Assembly: GCA_040752695.1 (NCBI GenBank)
Contig: JBFMGO010000009.1
Coordinates: 9,789 to 73,788 of the forward strand
From: a bacterium
Lineage (GTDB): Bacteria; SZUA-182; DTGQ01
DNA length: 64,000 nt
Direction: 5' to 3'
The translations under genes were made by a program, and so were the position numbers. Of the stretch, positions 51,205 to 63,030 are shown one piece after another. Every line of letters begins with the position of its first letter. Position 1 is the first letter of the stretch. The notes under the pieces are model-generated. The model saw nothing but the letters and a program-made list of their open reading frames with translations, did no database searches and was not told the origin of the DNA.

Positions 51205-54200
51205 AGATATCTCCTTAATATTCAAAGGAAATGCAATTTCAATACCCAATAGGCTCAAGAAGCCGATGCCGACAGCCCAGATAATCCACCCAGGAAAAGT
51301 ACTCCGGTGGCTCACAAGCATATGCTGGTCGAAAAGAGGCTTGCCAAGGCTGCTGACAAAACAATCCTTACTGCCGGGAAATGCAAACCGGTTTTCCGGA
51401 TTGAATGGCGACTTCTCAGATTCACCGCTTGCGCCATCGCCATAACCATAGCGAGTTAACCCCTGCGGAGTGGCAAACCAGATGTCATTTTTCATATTTC
51501 CATCGCTGCCCTTCTCACCAAGACTTTGTATCGCTATGGCCTGAATAGTATTATCAGCCAGGCCATCGGTTGTAGTGAACAATTTCCAGGAACTCCCATC
51601 GTAACGGCTGGCACCTCCACCGGTAATTCTTACAGGCTTAGCGGTTATTGGGTCCATCTCCACTTTGGGCCTTGTCCCAATCCAGACATTCGAACCATCG
51701 CCGGCTAGAGCACTTACGTTCATGCTGCCCAATTTTACGGCTGAATCAGCCGGACTGAAGTGTCCGATCCATTTTTTATCCTGAAGATCAAACCGGTAAA
51801 GCCCTCCCTCACTCCCTGCCGTATCTGCCGGATTGGTAGAGAATCCCAAAACCCAAAGAAATCCGGGATCACTCCCCCAGATTTTTACGATCAAATCTGT
51901 CTTTAGTTTATTGCTTTCATCGCCTTCATTGTTGGAAGCGGTAGTGTAGTATGTCCATTCCTTTGGCTCAACCTTAAACTGGGCCACTCCCGTGTAGGCC
52001 GGTATCCTATCCTGCCCTGTGCCGATAAAAGAATAAGTAGAAACCCACAAATCTCCATTGCTGTCCACACCCATTGCAAGGAAGAACTCACCCGGCAGTC
52101 CTCCACCATCATGAGAAGAGGTGTATTCCTTGTCAAAGACCGTCCACGTATTCTTTGAAAGATCGTATTGAATAAGATCTACACTGCTGGTGGCGTTAGG
52201 ATCGACCTCAGATCCTGCCTGGCTGCCAGGGAGTTGGCTCTGGCTTCCCTGACTGGCATGTTGGCGGATGATCCACAAGAGCCGGTGTACTTCATCAAAG
52301 GCCATGTCCAAGATATTATCATTACTAAGGATCCCCTTAGTCGAATCTGTATCATACTTTTGCCAGCTACTGCCATTATACTTACTCAACCCCTGCGGTG
52401 TTCCTACATATAGGTTCTTATATTTAGCATCAACGGCCAGGGCTGTGATGGAAACATTGGGATCCTTGACAGATTTAATGACTGACCACTTGGATTGAGC
52501 ATTATCGAATTTACTCAATCCCAAAGAAGTCCCTATCCAGAGAATATTATCCTGAACTGCAAGGGAAGTAATATTATTGCTGGCCAACTTGTATTTGGGT
52601 GTCTTGTAGGTTGTCCAGACAGGTGTAGAAATATCAGAAGGAGTATTAGGATCTGAAGTATTAGGGTCTGAACTACCACCTTCGCTGCTGACCGTAAAGG
52701 TACTGTCCATGGTCGGAGCTCCGACAGCATCGCCTCCGATCGGGTGTTCAAACACAAACCGGTAGCGATAAGTACCTTCCTGCTCTCCTTTGAAGCTGTA
52801 GGAATAGATTTTCCCATCCGCACAGTTCGTATCTAATGGATCTTCCTCGTCCATGGCTTTCTTCTCGGTGGATTGATAATATCCATCCTGATTAGCATCG
52901 ATCCAGACCTGGAAAACGTTCGGCTCCGGATCTTGCACGCCGTCTGTGTCCGCAGGGTTATACTTATAGAGAATCCGGAATTCAAAAAATGTGTCTACCT
53001 TACCCTTTGTGGGATAAACACCTGCAGTTTTATAGTTCGTTTCTCCTGTAAAGATCAACTGAGGAGGCACCGGATCTGAACCGCCGCTCCCGCTGCTGAC
53101 CATAATCGCGTTATCCATGGTCGGGGCTCCGGCAGCCACCCCTCCGACTGGGTGTTCAAACACAAACCGGTAGCGGTGAGTGCCTTCTTGCTCTCCTGTA
53201 AAACTGAAGAAATAGATTTTCCCATCCGCATAGTTTGTATCCTCGCTGTCTGCCTCCTCCAGATTCTTTTTCTCATCAGCCTGATATTGCCCATCGTCGT
53301 TCAAATCAATCCACATCTGAGCAGTCTTGGGCGGTACGTCAGTTGTTGTCGTATCAGGAGGGCGATACATATAAAGAACCCGGAATTCAAAAGTCCTGCC
53401 TACCTTACCGGTTGCGGGATAAACCGTTGCACTTTGATAGTTGGTTTCTCCTGTATAGAAGAGCTGTGGAGGATTTATCTGCAGGATATTTGACAGATTG
53501 GCGCTCCCGGCAGCAAGAGAAGAATCTGCATCCTTAAAAGAGAAGCGGTAATGGATCAGGCCATTCACCTGTCCCTCCGGGATGGTCAATGATATGCTTT
53601 TAGTATACATTTTCCCGTCCGCGGTATTAGGATCACTGCTGTCCGGGTCCATGTCGTATTTTTCCTGCTCGCTATATACCCCATCCCCATTTATATCAAC
53701 CCATACCTGGCAGTCTGCCGGGTTCTGGCCGCCCAGGTCAAGATAATTAATCTTAAAGGTGTAGGTTTTTCCATTCCCTCCAACCCCTGGATTGACACCA
53801 TAAAAGAAACCGCTATCTTCTACCCAGTTCAGGGAAGACGTAAGAGGAATACCATAAATATCAAAATCATAGGTCACAGCGTATGGATAGGAACGATAAT
53901 CCATCCAGACCACCTGCCTGAAGTTTGCATTCCCTGCAATTGCCGCCGCATCCTGCACTCCCTGAGCGGTACAGATTTCCCATCCCGGGTTGTCGGCATT
54001 CCTGCCGATCAGTTTCCCATCTGCACTCACGCGCGCCCACCGGATGTCGGTGTCATAGCCGACCGTAGATTCTCCCTTGATACTCCTGGTGAAAGACTGC
54101 GAAGTCCAGACCACCAGGTAGCTGTTACTGGTTGTGTCCCACATAATCCGGGGATTGAACTGGTTCCCTTTGGCCCTGCAGATGGGAAATGGCTGTCCGG

Positions 54201-57200
54201 CCATTGCACCATTGGCTCCTACCAGAACCCCGTAGATGTCTTTTCCAAAAGGAGTGGCACCGGGACCTTTACGCTCCCAGACAACCAAAAACTTACTCCC
54301 GTCCGAGGCTATGGCCGGGTTCTCCTGGGCATAATTGGGATCTATCCAGATTGGGAGGCCGCTGGCAATATTTTGAAGTTTCGGGAATGATATCGTACTA
54401 TACTCTTCACTGCCCATGACATGCCCATTCAGATCCACAGGATTACCATACAGGTGAGAAACCACATCCCCATCTGTTTCCGGACGATAATCCTGCCAGA
54501 CAACCAGGTAACTCTGCCCTCCAAAGGCCACTGCCGGATTGATCTGATCTTTTCCATAATTCTCGTCATAGATTATAAAATTCTCATTCGAACCGGGACT
54601 TTCACTGACTGTTGCACCGCTGGAAGAATTGTAGGTAACAATGGTCCCATGGATATTCTTTCCCGTAACATCAAGAGCTATACCATCCTCCCAGACCACA
54701 AAGAAAGTGTTGTCTGGCCCTGCGGCGACAGCCGGATGGTTCTGATTGCTGGTTGCAGAGCCGGATATCGAGGATTTATAGGTAGCAATTGGTATATCCT
54801 GCATGCTGGAATCACCGGTTTTCACAATCTGGCCATAAATATCGGTGTTCTGATAACCGGGGCTGTCGGCTGTTGCATTTACCTCTCCATTTCGCAGATC
54901 CTCCCAGACCACCAGATAGATGTTATCTTGCCGGCTGGCGGCTACCTTCGGTTTACATTGAGATTGCCCGTTTTTTCCTATCTGGACTTCTGTGCCTGTT
55001 TTCTTCCCGTTCTCATCCAGAAAGCGCCCGTATATGGTAGAGCCCTGATAGAGCTCCGGAACCTTCTGATCTACGGCCTCAGCATCGCGCAGATCTTCCC
55101 ACACCACGAGCCCCCCTTGAGAGGTAGAAGCAAGATCAGGGTACCATTGACGTTTTGGGCCCGTGTAGATACAGGTTTCCGAGATATTCGTAATTGCCAG
55201 GTAATAAACCACATTCGGTCCACCCTGTGCCGCGTTGTAGCCATCATCAAAATAAAACCGGTAGGCAATCAACCCTATCCGATTTACCTGGATCTTCTTT
55301 TTAAACCGGTAGACGGCTCCATCGCTAAAACTTTCGCTTCCGTCCTTCACCATATCGAATTTTTCACTGTCTGAAAAGACCGCATCACCATTTATGTCTA
55401 TCCATACCTGGTACTTTTTGGGAGCTTCGTTGCCTGCATCCTGATACTTGACCTTGAAGGTGAACTCCGTCTCGTCCTTGCTGCTGTCAGGATCGACCCC
55501 GCCATGAAGATAGTTTCCTTCCCCCAGGAAGGAAAGCACAGGCACTTCACCATGCGGGAGTATTTTTACCGGATGATCCCTGGTGGGTTCCCCTTCGGCC
55601 GTGTTATATTCGTCCCGGAAATAAAAGCGGTAATTGAGTATACAACTATTGGGATCATCTGGATCACCATCAAACAAAATCTTGATCTTCTTTTGGTAAG
55701 TAGTACTACCTGTTTTTTCCGGGCTGAAGATTTCGTTTCCTTCATTGACTCCATTGTGGTTAAGGTCAACCACCAAGCGCCCGTCGATCGGTTCATCTCC
55801 TCCACCTTCTCCCTTGACATAATTCACCTGAAAGGTAAATTCAGAGCCACCTTCTCCCTGATTCGGACTGACTCCTTCGGTTTTTCCACTCGGCCATTCC
55901 AGGCGAGGCGAGGCGGGCAAAGTATAGACAACTCCGGCAATGTCAATATCCTGACTCTGGGCTGACTCTTTCCCCATCCAGGTAATTAAAGTGTTCCTGC
56001 CCGATTCATTGCCGCTAAGAGAGGCCATCTGAGCATACTTGCCTGGATCGCTTAAGGTCAGGGGCTTTGGCACTCCACTCTGAAGATCCAGATCCAAAAG
56101 ATCCCCTTCCAGAGAGATCCTGGCCCCATACACCGTACCTCGATAATCCCAGACTGCGAGGTAGTTGTTTTTAATGGAAGCCACAGCCGGCATCGTACTC
56201 TGCACCATTCCCTCATACGGAATGAGCCTGGTGATAGGAATTTCTGTAAGTCCATAGGGAGTTAACAATACCCGGCCATCAGAGGAAATGCGGGCACCAC
56301 AAAGGAAATTACCGATTTGAGCTCCTGTGCTGTCTTGTGTATCCTTATACCTTCCATCCTGCCAGACAATGAAAAAGCCTTGCTGACCAGTCGTAACATC
56401 CGGATATTCCTGAGCCTTCTCCGCCCTGCAGACGGGAAAGCTCTCCTCGATGGAAGCCGTACCGTCGGTCCTCTGTTTGATCAGGGCAGCATAGATATCT
56501 TTCCCTGAAGATGAGTCCCTCTCATCGACCCAGGCCACCAGCCACCCTCTTTCTGTCGAGCCTCCGTCCCCTGTCCTTGAGTAGCCCGTAACCACCGGAT
56601 CTTTCTGGGATGAGGCAGCCGTGCAGATGGCAAGAGCATTGGGATCTAAGATATTGCCATTCGAACCGATTCGAACCCCGTATATGTCTGCACTCGGAAG
56701 ATCAGGCGTAGCCTCGCCGTTATAGTCATACCAGACGATCAGAAACTGCTCGCCGTTCCAGGCAGCCTTGGGGTAGGTCGGTTTTTCCTTGGCCTTTTTA
56801 ATGCCCGATAGAGGAGATGATGTTATTCCCCCTCCTCCGGAAAGTGACACGAGAGAGGCATAAATGGCTGATGTATTATCCGTGTCTTGATCATGCCAGG
56901 TGACCAGATACTGGTTTTTATCCGGATTAAGGGCCACCCTGGGTTTACACTGGATACTTCCCTGGGTGGAGGCAATTTTAGATGAGCTTCCCTTGGGGAC
57001 TCCGTTGGGATCGAGGCGAACGCCGTAAATACCCTGATCCGGACTCTGAGTGCTATACCAGACAGCCAGATACTCGGACTTATTCTGATTCCATGCTGAG
57101 GCCGGGTAAAACTGCAAACCACTCTCGGTGCAGATATTCAGATAACCTGCTGCCTTAATCTTTGGACAAAAAGTAAAAACCAGAAGGAAAACAGAGACAA

Positions 57201-57237
57201 GAATCAGAAAAAGACAGGTATTTTTTCGCCTACTCAT
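51205..57237 (-). CDS. Giant (about 2000 aa) repeat-rich surface protein: N-terminal about 50-aa 'YGxRxxxxG...VVWxD' repeats, repeated 'WIDxNxDG' calcium-binding-like modules, C-terminal two-component-regulator-propeller (Reg_prop) repeats and a hydrophobic segment. The reading frame continues without a stop into the 50542-51204 ORF
   Basis: Start at 'MSRRKNTCLFLILVSVFLLVFTFCPKIKAAG' (ATG 57237). Four copies of 'VWIDxNGDGxYSxxEK(Y/F)DM'. Propeller repeats 'ILWIGTSLGLSKFD', 'NLYVGTPQGLSKYN'. Then TM-like 'GWIIWAVGIGFLSLLGIEIAF'. Confidence 0.6.
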
Positions 57238-57542
57238 ACAGTTGGCCCCTCTCGTTATCCAAAATGATGAAAGATTAATAACAAAAACGAGGCCAAGCCC
57301 GCTTATAAAAAGAAGACTCAAACCTCGCTCTTTGTCTCATGTTCATATTTACAGCAGGTTATAACCGCGGATCCGTAATCTTAGAGCCCACAGTCACTGA
57401 AACGATTGCCTCGTCTCACGGAATTGATCTTGTACAACAACTGCTCAGCGATAAACCCCTTTCCTTTCCTCGGAGCGTCCTGAAACTACTCGATTATGGT
57501 CCCAAAGTCCGCAATGCACTGAGAATAAAAATGTTTTACATA

Positions 57543-59462
57543 TTAAAATACAGATTTAATGATCCGCCAGAGCCAGGATCTGGCCTGGGTTCCCGATGCA
57601 TTAATAAAACAGCCGCTGCCGCTCAAGTCAACACCACTCCCTGCTACTGATTGACTGTTACTGGTAGAAAAATAAACCTTATATTCTTCTGAAAGTGGAT
57701 TACCTGCAAGGTCCACAGCCGAAGTCTTCATTGATATAATATAGGTCTGGTTTGTTTTCACAGCACTTTGTATGGGCGTAAATTCCATGGTTCTTTTATC
57801 GCTGGACCAGGAAAACGTTCCTTCTATCGTGTTCTGATTATTATCCTTCAGGGTAAAGGCGCTTCTGGTTTTCTCAATCTTCATAGGTTCACTAAAGGTG
57901 ATCCTGATCTTCACGGAAGTGTCCACCCTGGCATGATTGGCGGGATAGCACTCCTGCGCCACCACGTAAGGACTGACCTCATCGCGCATTACCAGACCGT
58001 CGTCCGTACCGATCCAGACTTCCCCCCGGGAATTTATCGCCACGGCTTTGATTCTTTGTGTCGATAACGTATTCGTATCTTCAGCTGCGAAATTTTTCCA
58101 TGTATTTTTTTCCACGTCAAATCGCCCTAACCCGTCCGTAGTGCCTGTCCAGACAATGCCGCTGTCTTGACTGACAGCCAGAGCAGTCACAAAGTTCCCC
58201 GGTATGGAGTTGGGATCCATGGGAGCCGTATCGTCATCATGCGCATAGTGTGTCCATGTACCAGACAACCCGACTCCCGGTTCCAGCTTAAGAAGCCCAT
58301 TGCTCGTACCAATCCATAATCTTCCGTCCGAATCAGCGCTCATATCCATGATATTATAGTTAACATTTCCCAAAGACCTGTTCCGGGCCAAGGGAATTGC
58401 GTAGGAATATTCTTTCCAGGTATTCGCGCCACTGGCCATCTGGTAAACTCCAAAAAAGGTTGTCCCAACCCAGACATTATCTTCATGGTCGACTGTCAGC
58501 GAGGTAATACTATCTGCCGGGAGATCCTGGATCGGAGGATAATTGACGACCTGGTCGCCGCAAAACTCGAAAACAAAACCATCGTTGGTAGCAATCCAGA
58601 TATCGTTCTGGGAATCTGCGGCTATTTTGATGATAGCACTATTCGATCCAAGGTCGAGTGCTTGGGCGGTAATCGTCTGCCAGGCATCATTTTCCCATTT
58701 GGCTAATCTGGGAATGTCTGGCTCGCTCGGTTCGTTCATATCGAGCCCTACCCATACCCGGTCCTGGGAGTCGATCGTTATACAGGGGAAGTCACTGATC
58801 TGATAGGGAAGCATGGGAGTTTTATCCTCGAAAGTGCTGCCATCAAAGCAATAGATACTACTGACATCCTTGGTCACTATCCACAACCGGTCCCGGCTGT
58901 CAACGGCCAGACAGCTCACTTTACCCAAAAGATCACCCTGACTTTGGCTATAGATACTACTCCAATGTTTTCCCTCGGGAGGAGGGGTATTTTGGCCCTC
59001 GGTCGTAAACCTTATCTTCCAGTCGTCGTCACCCGCTTCCCCGCCGGTGCCGTCCATGTCTCCGTCCAGATGGTGCCCGTCCTCGTCCATAGCTGTTGAT
59101 TTAATCTTGATCCAATAGGTCGTTCCGAGCTGCAGATCGAAGGAGGGATCAAAAACCAGGATGTTATTATTGATGTCCATGTTTTCCTCTTCCTTGAGAT
59201 TGTCAAGCTCCGGGTCGGTTCCCTCGGCATAAAAATAGAACGCATCGGTAGTGGAATTAGGATCCATGGGTGCCGTAAAGGTAATGGTAATGACCTTTGA
59301 TACCGGTATATCGGTTTGATTCTTATTGGGATCGGATAAATACACAAAAGGATCGATCCCTAAGGGAGCGGCTCCTTGCGCCAAACCCATCGACCCGGCC
59401 AATTGAACGAGGAATACAACAGCACAACAAACCCAAACGATATATAGAGGTTTATCTTTCAT
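57543..59462 (-). CDS. Secreted protein with Ig-like (Big/SbsA-type) domains flanking two-component-regulator-propeller repeats
   Basis: Start at 'MKDKPLYIVWVCCAVVFLVQLAGSMGLAQG' (RBS GGAGAG). Propeller repeats 'RLWIVTKDVSSIYCFDG', 'DIWIATNDGFVFEF', 'NVWVGTTFFGVYQM', 'RLWIGTSNGLLKLE', 'IVWTGTTDGLGRFD', 'EVWIGTDDGLVMRD'. N- and C-terminal 'ITITFTAPMDPNS' and 'IRITFSEPM' Ig-like strands. Confidence 0.65.
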   Translation of the reverse strand: MKDKPLYIVWVCCAVVFLVQLAGSMGLAQGAAPLGIDPFVYLSDPNKNQTDIPVSKVITITFTAPMDPNSTTDAFYFYAEGTDPELDNLKEEENMDINNNILVFDPSFDLQLGTTYWIKIKSTAMDEDGHHLDGDMDGTGGEAGDDDWKIRFTTEGQNTPPPEGKHWSSIYSQSQGDLLGKVSCLAVDSRDRLWIVTKDVSSIYCFDGSTFEDKTPMLPYQISDFPCITIDSQDRVWVGLDMNEPSEPDIPRLAKWENDAWQTITAQALDLGSNSAIIKIAADSQNDIWIATNDGFVFEFCGDQVVNYPPIQDLPADSITSLTVDHEDNVWVGTTFFGVYQMASGANTWKEYSYAIPLARNRSLGNVNYNIMDMSADSDGRLWIGTSNGLLKLEPGVGLSGTWTHYAHDDDTAPMDPNSIPGNFVTALAVSQDSGIVWTGTTDGLGRFDVEKNTWKNFAAEDTNTLSTQRIKAVAINSRGEVWIGTDDGLVMRDEVSPYVVAQECYPANHARVDTSVKIRITFSEPMKIEKTRSAFTLKDNNQNTIEGTFSWSSDKRTMEFTPIQSAVKTNQTYIISMKTSAVDLAGNPLSEEYKVYFSTSNSQSVAGSGVDLSGSGCFINASGTQARSWLWRIIKSVF

Positions 59463-59898
59463 CCCTACTCTCCTCAAGTTGATTATCATTGATTAATGAT
59501 AATGAAAGATATTCAAAGATATGTAACCTTAGTATTTATTGCATGCGAATTTCCGCGATAAAATACACTCGCCGGGCCATCCGGCTTTCTTTAATTTCAA
59601 ACAATACTTTTCCCTGAATACTCCTAAGTATACATTTAGGCCAAATTTACGCAAGAGCAAGGAACAATAGAAGAGGATTACGAATCATTATAATAGTATA
59701 ATACCTTTGCATTTATAAAGCCAATAAAATAAACCTAAGGAGCAGATGATTTGCCGGGTAACTCATTGAGGGAGGGATCAATCATATAGCATGATAAACC
59801 GTTGCAGGCGACTTCTCCTGACAGTCAATTAATGCCCTTTAAAGCCAACACAGTAGTCCTACGCCGAAATGTACTCCTTTTGGCCTTTTTCCTTTCAT

Positions 59899-60270
59899 TC
59901 ATGCCGAAAAAGCATCTATGATATGGGCAACCCTTTCGATTTTATTCTTTTTCATGATAATAGAGATGACATCGAACCGACACATTCTATCTTCTAACTG
60001 CTCCTTCTGAAGATAGAAAAGGGCCACCTGGGAGAGTTTTTTCTGTTTGGAATAGTCGACCGCTTCTTCCGGCAAACCGTAATTCGCATTGCTTCGGGTT
60101 TTTACCTCTACAAAAACAATCACACCCTTATCTTCGGCAATAATATCGATTTCTCCAAAGGAGCAGCGAAAATTGAGTTCACGGATAGACAGTTGCAACG
60201 ATTTCAGGAGTCGAACCGCTATCCGCTCACCTTTCCTCCCAAGTTGGAATGTACGAACCGGCACCTTCAA
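59899..60270 (-). CDS. yraN: YraN-family (UPF0102) putative endonuclease
   Basis: 'GEIDIIAEDKGVIVFVEVKTRSN' is the PD-(D/E)xK-like YraN core. Confidence 0.7.
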   Translation of the reverse strand: MKVPVRTFQLGRKGERIAVRLLKSLQLSIRELNFRCSFGEIDIIAEDKGVIVFVEVKTRSNANYGLPEEAVDYSKQKKLSQVALFYLQKEQLEDRMCRFDVISIIMKKNKIERVAHIIDAFSA

Positions 60271-60289
60271 ACCATCAATTACCTTTTGA

Positions 60290-60640
60290 CTACCTCGTAT
60301 TTTTTTCTTTGATTCTGGCTCTCTTGCCAGCCAGTTGCCTCATGTAATACAATTTTGCCCGGCGGACCTTGCCCCTTCGGGTTACTTCAATTTTATGAAT
60401 AATGGGAGAATGCAGCGGCAAGGTTCTTTCTACTCCCACTCCGTAAGAGGTTTTTCTTACGGTAAATGTAGAGCGGATACTGCCCCGTCGAATGCGGATA
60501 ACCGCTCCCTCGAAGACCTGAATTCTTTCCCGATCACCCTCGATGAGTTTAATATACACCTTCACCGTATCGCCAGGCCCAAAACCGGGGATATCTTTTC
60601 TTACCTTTTCTTGTTCCAATGTATCCAAAATATTATTCAT
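60290..60640 (-). CDS. rplS: 50S ribosomal protein L19
   Basis: '[57 protein letters not shown]' is highly conserved in L19. Confidence 0.9.
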   Translation of the reverse strand: MNNILDTLEQEKVRKDIPGFGPGDTVKVYIKLIEGDRERIQVFEGAVIRIRRGSIRSTFTVRKTSYGVGVERTLPLHSPIIHKIEVTRRGKVRRAKLYYMRQLAGKRARIKEKNTR

Positions 60641-60654
60641 GTCGCTTCTACCTT

Positions 60655-61239
60655 TTACCTGTTTTCGTTGATTAATCTATCCAGAATTATAGCCACCGCA
60701 GCTCTTACGGAGAGGTGATTGTAATTTCCCTCCCCCCCGTAACCATAGATTGGTTCTATGGTAAAATCCATGGCCTCAATCAGGCTTTTTTCAATTCCCC
60801 AGCCTGTTCCGAAGATAATGAGATATACCTGACAATCCCTTTCTATTTTCACACGCAGATCACGATACGAAATAGTATTTTTATGCGATCGGGCGCACGT
60901 TACAATGGTAACAGGATTTTTTTGGTATTTTTCTTTCAGATCTTGAAGGCATTCTCCAAGGCTGTTCACGAGCGAAACATTCGAAAGAGCATCCCGGCGG
61001 GTTGGATTGTATTGGGCTCCATAACCCACCTGCCAATGCATGACCAGTCGTTCCATCAACTGCTGATGGGCCACTATCGGGGTTATGATGTAAAAATTCT
61101 CGACTCCAAACGTTCTGGCCGTTCTCGAAATATCATGAAGGCTGGAAGTGGTTATTGAGCTGGTAACAACCTCCCTGTTTTTGTTATATACAGGGTAGTG
61201 AAGAAGCCCGATAGAAATACATGACCCATCTCGCATCAA
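60655..61239 (-). CDS. Putative SPOUT-class RNA methyltransferase (DUF2168-like) inserted between trmD and rplS
   Basis: SPOUT-like motifs '[17 protein letters not shown]' and '[16 protein letters not shown]'. Overlaps the trmD stop by 4 nt. Confidence 0.4.
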   Translation of the reverse strand: MMRDGSCISIGLLHYPVYNKNREVVTSSITTSSLHDISRTARTFGVENFYIITPIVAHQQLMERLVMHWQVGYGAQYNPTRRDALSNVSLVNSLGECLQDLKEKYQKNPVTIVTCARSHKNTISYRDLRVKIERDCQVYLIIFGTGWGIEKSLIEAMDFTIEPIYGYGGEGNYNHLSVRAAVAIILDRLINENR

Positions 61240-61955
61240 GAATCCCTCAGGAGATCTTTATCCTCAGCGGTTAAGGCTATCTGCCTGAATAAGTCCGGTC
61301 TTCTCCTCAAAGTATGCAAAAGGGATTGCCTGCGCCTCCACTTTCGGATCTCTTCGTGATGTCCGGAAAGCAGGATCTGTGGTACTTCCATACCTTCAAA
61401 AACCCTTGGTCGTGTATATTGAGGGTAATCCAGCATATGATCCGAGAAAGATTCGATCTCTAAAGATTCCTCAGATCCCAGTGCTCCGGGAATTAACCTG
61501 ACCACAGCGTCCAGCAAAACGAGGGCGGGAAGTTCTCCTCCGGTCAGGACATAATCACCGATAGAAATTTCATCATCAATCAAAGTGTCCCGAACCCTTT
61601 GATCAATACCCTCGTAATGGCCGCATACCAGTACCAGATGACTTTCCCGGGCCAGATCCCTGGCCATTTCTTGATTGAAAATTTTGCCATCCGGTGTCAG
61701 GTATATTCTCCGTGCCGTCGAATTTTCCTGAGTTATGGCCTTCACGGCCCGATGCAAGGGTCCGGCCTTGAGCACCATACCGGGTCCGCCCCCAAAGGGA
61801 ACATCATCAACCTTATGATGCTTATCCTCAGAGAAATCCCGCAGATTACGAACCCTTATACTCACCAGTCCCTTATCCTGGGCTCTTCTGACAATACTCT
61901 TTTGTATGACCCCATGAATCATTTCCGGGAATATCGTAATAATATCAAAGAGCAT
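61236..61955 (-). CDS. trmD: tRNA (guanine37-N1)-methyltransferase TrmD
   Basis: 'MLFDIITIFPEM', 'DDVPFGGGPGMVLK', 'LVCGHYEGIDQRV', 'SIGDYVLTGGELPA' are canonical TrmD motifs. Confidence 0.9.
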   Translation of the reverse strand: MLFDIITIFPEMIHGVIQKSIVRRAQDKGLVSIRVRNLRDFSEDKHHKVDDVPFGGGPGMVLKAGPLHRAVKAITQENSTARRIYLTPDGKIFNQEMARDLARESHLVLVCGHYEGIDQRVRDTLIDDEISIGDYVLTGGELPALVLLDAVVRLIPGALGSEESLEIESFSDHMLDYPQYTRPRVFEGMEVPQILLSGHHEEIRKWRRRQSLLHTLRRRPDLFRQIALTAEDKDLLRDS

Positions 61956-62460
61956 CAGAGAGGTTCAATAATCCTTTCAACGGATGGATGGTAATCCTTC
62001 TTCTTTCCAGATTTATTTCTTTAACAACGTCTTTAACGGCCGGGATAAGATATTCCTTCTGATCATCCTTTACCACATAAACATCATTGCTGCCCGTTGG
62101 GAAGATATCTTTCACCAGTCCTAAATAGACTCCCTCCTCCGTATAAACGTCAATGCCTATGAGCTGGAAATAGTAGTATTCATCCTCCCCCAGGGGGTAT
62201 ACCTGCTCTTGTGGGATACCGATTAAGCACCCTTTTAGCTCTTGCGCCTCACTCATGGTGTTGTATCCCTCAAGTTTCATGATGACGAACGTCTTATGAA
62301 ACCGCACCTTCTCGACACCAAGGCTTTTTTGGGGAGTCAAAAGAATAATTTCCTTCAGCGAGAGAAACCTTTCCGGAAAATCAGTCAAAGGATAAACCTT
62401 AACCTCCCCCTTACATCCGTGGGTGCCGACAATCTTGCCAATCTGGATAAAGTCCGTCAT
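61945..62460 (-). CDS. rimM: Ribosome maturation factor RimM
   Basis: 'IGKIVGTHGCKGEVKVYPLTDFPERF' N-terminal pattern plus a PRC barrel. Gene order. Confidence 0.8.
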   Translation of the reverse strand: MTDFIQIGKIVGTHGCKGEVKVYPLTDFPERFLSLKEIILLTPQKSLGVEKVRFHKTFVIMKLEGYNTMSEAQELKGCLIGIPQEQVYPLGEDEYYYFQLIGIDVYTEEGVYLGLVKDIFPTGSNDVYVVKDDQKEYLIPAVKDVVKEINLERRRITIHPLKGLLNLSDAL

Positions 62461-62489
62461 CTTCCCATGGGTGAGACTCTCTTGAAAAC

Positions 62490-62726
62490 CTATTCGAGAA
62501 TCTCCAAAACCGCCCTCTTTCCAATTTTGGTAGCCGCAGCACTCAGAACCGTTCGCATGGCCCGAGCGGTCTGGCCCTGCTTCCCGATCACCTTTCCCAG
62601 ATCAGTTTTGGCAACTCTTAACTCCAGCACGGTAGTCCGTTCACCATCGACCTCAGTCACACTAACTTCCTCAGGATAATCAACCAGTGCTCTAGCGATA
62701 TCTTCAATTAATTCCTTCATGCCCAT
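62490..62726 (-). CDS. KH-domain RNA-binding protein (YlqC/UPF0109 family)
   Basis: '[18 protein letters not shown]' is the KH GxxG loop. Conserved position between rpsP and rimM. Confidence 0.75.
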   Translation of the reverse strand: MGMKELIEDIARALVDYPEEVSVTEVDGERTTVLELRVAKTDLGKVIGKQGQTARAMRTVLSAAATKIGKRAVLEILE

Positions 62727-62782
62727 TTTCCTACCTCCGTAAATTAATAACTCCCCATTTGAATTTGGAGATTACAATGCAA

Positions 62783-63025
62783 CTAGATTACTCCTCGTTT
62801 GTTAAATATCTGCATTACCGTGTCAGATGGTATTGCCCCTTTATGCATCCAAGAGACAGCTTTTTCCGTATCGATTCTGATCTCCGCCGGATCTTTCAAA
62901 GGGTCATAGTTTCCTATCAGATCCAGGTATTCGCCACTGCGGCACCTTCTGGAATCTATAACCACGATTCTGTAGAATGGCCGTTTTTTCGCTCCCAGTC
63001 GAGCCAGCCGTATCCGAAGCGCCAA
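62783..63025 (-). CDS. rpsP: 30S ribosomal protein S16 (probable TTG start)
   Basis: '(M)ALRIRLARLGAKKRPFYRIVVIDSR' matches the S16 N-terminus. GAGGAG lies 9 nt upstream of the TTG. The ORF-track GTG start at 63034 abuts the SD directly. Confidence 0.8.
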   Translation of the reverse strand: MALRIRLARLGAKKRPFYRIVVIDSRRCRSGEYLDLIGNYDPLKDPAEIRIDTEKAVSWMHKGAIPSDTVMQIFNKRGVI

Positions 63026-63030
63026 ACAAT

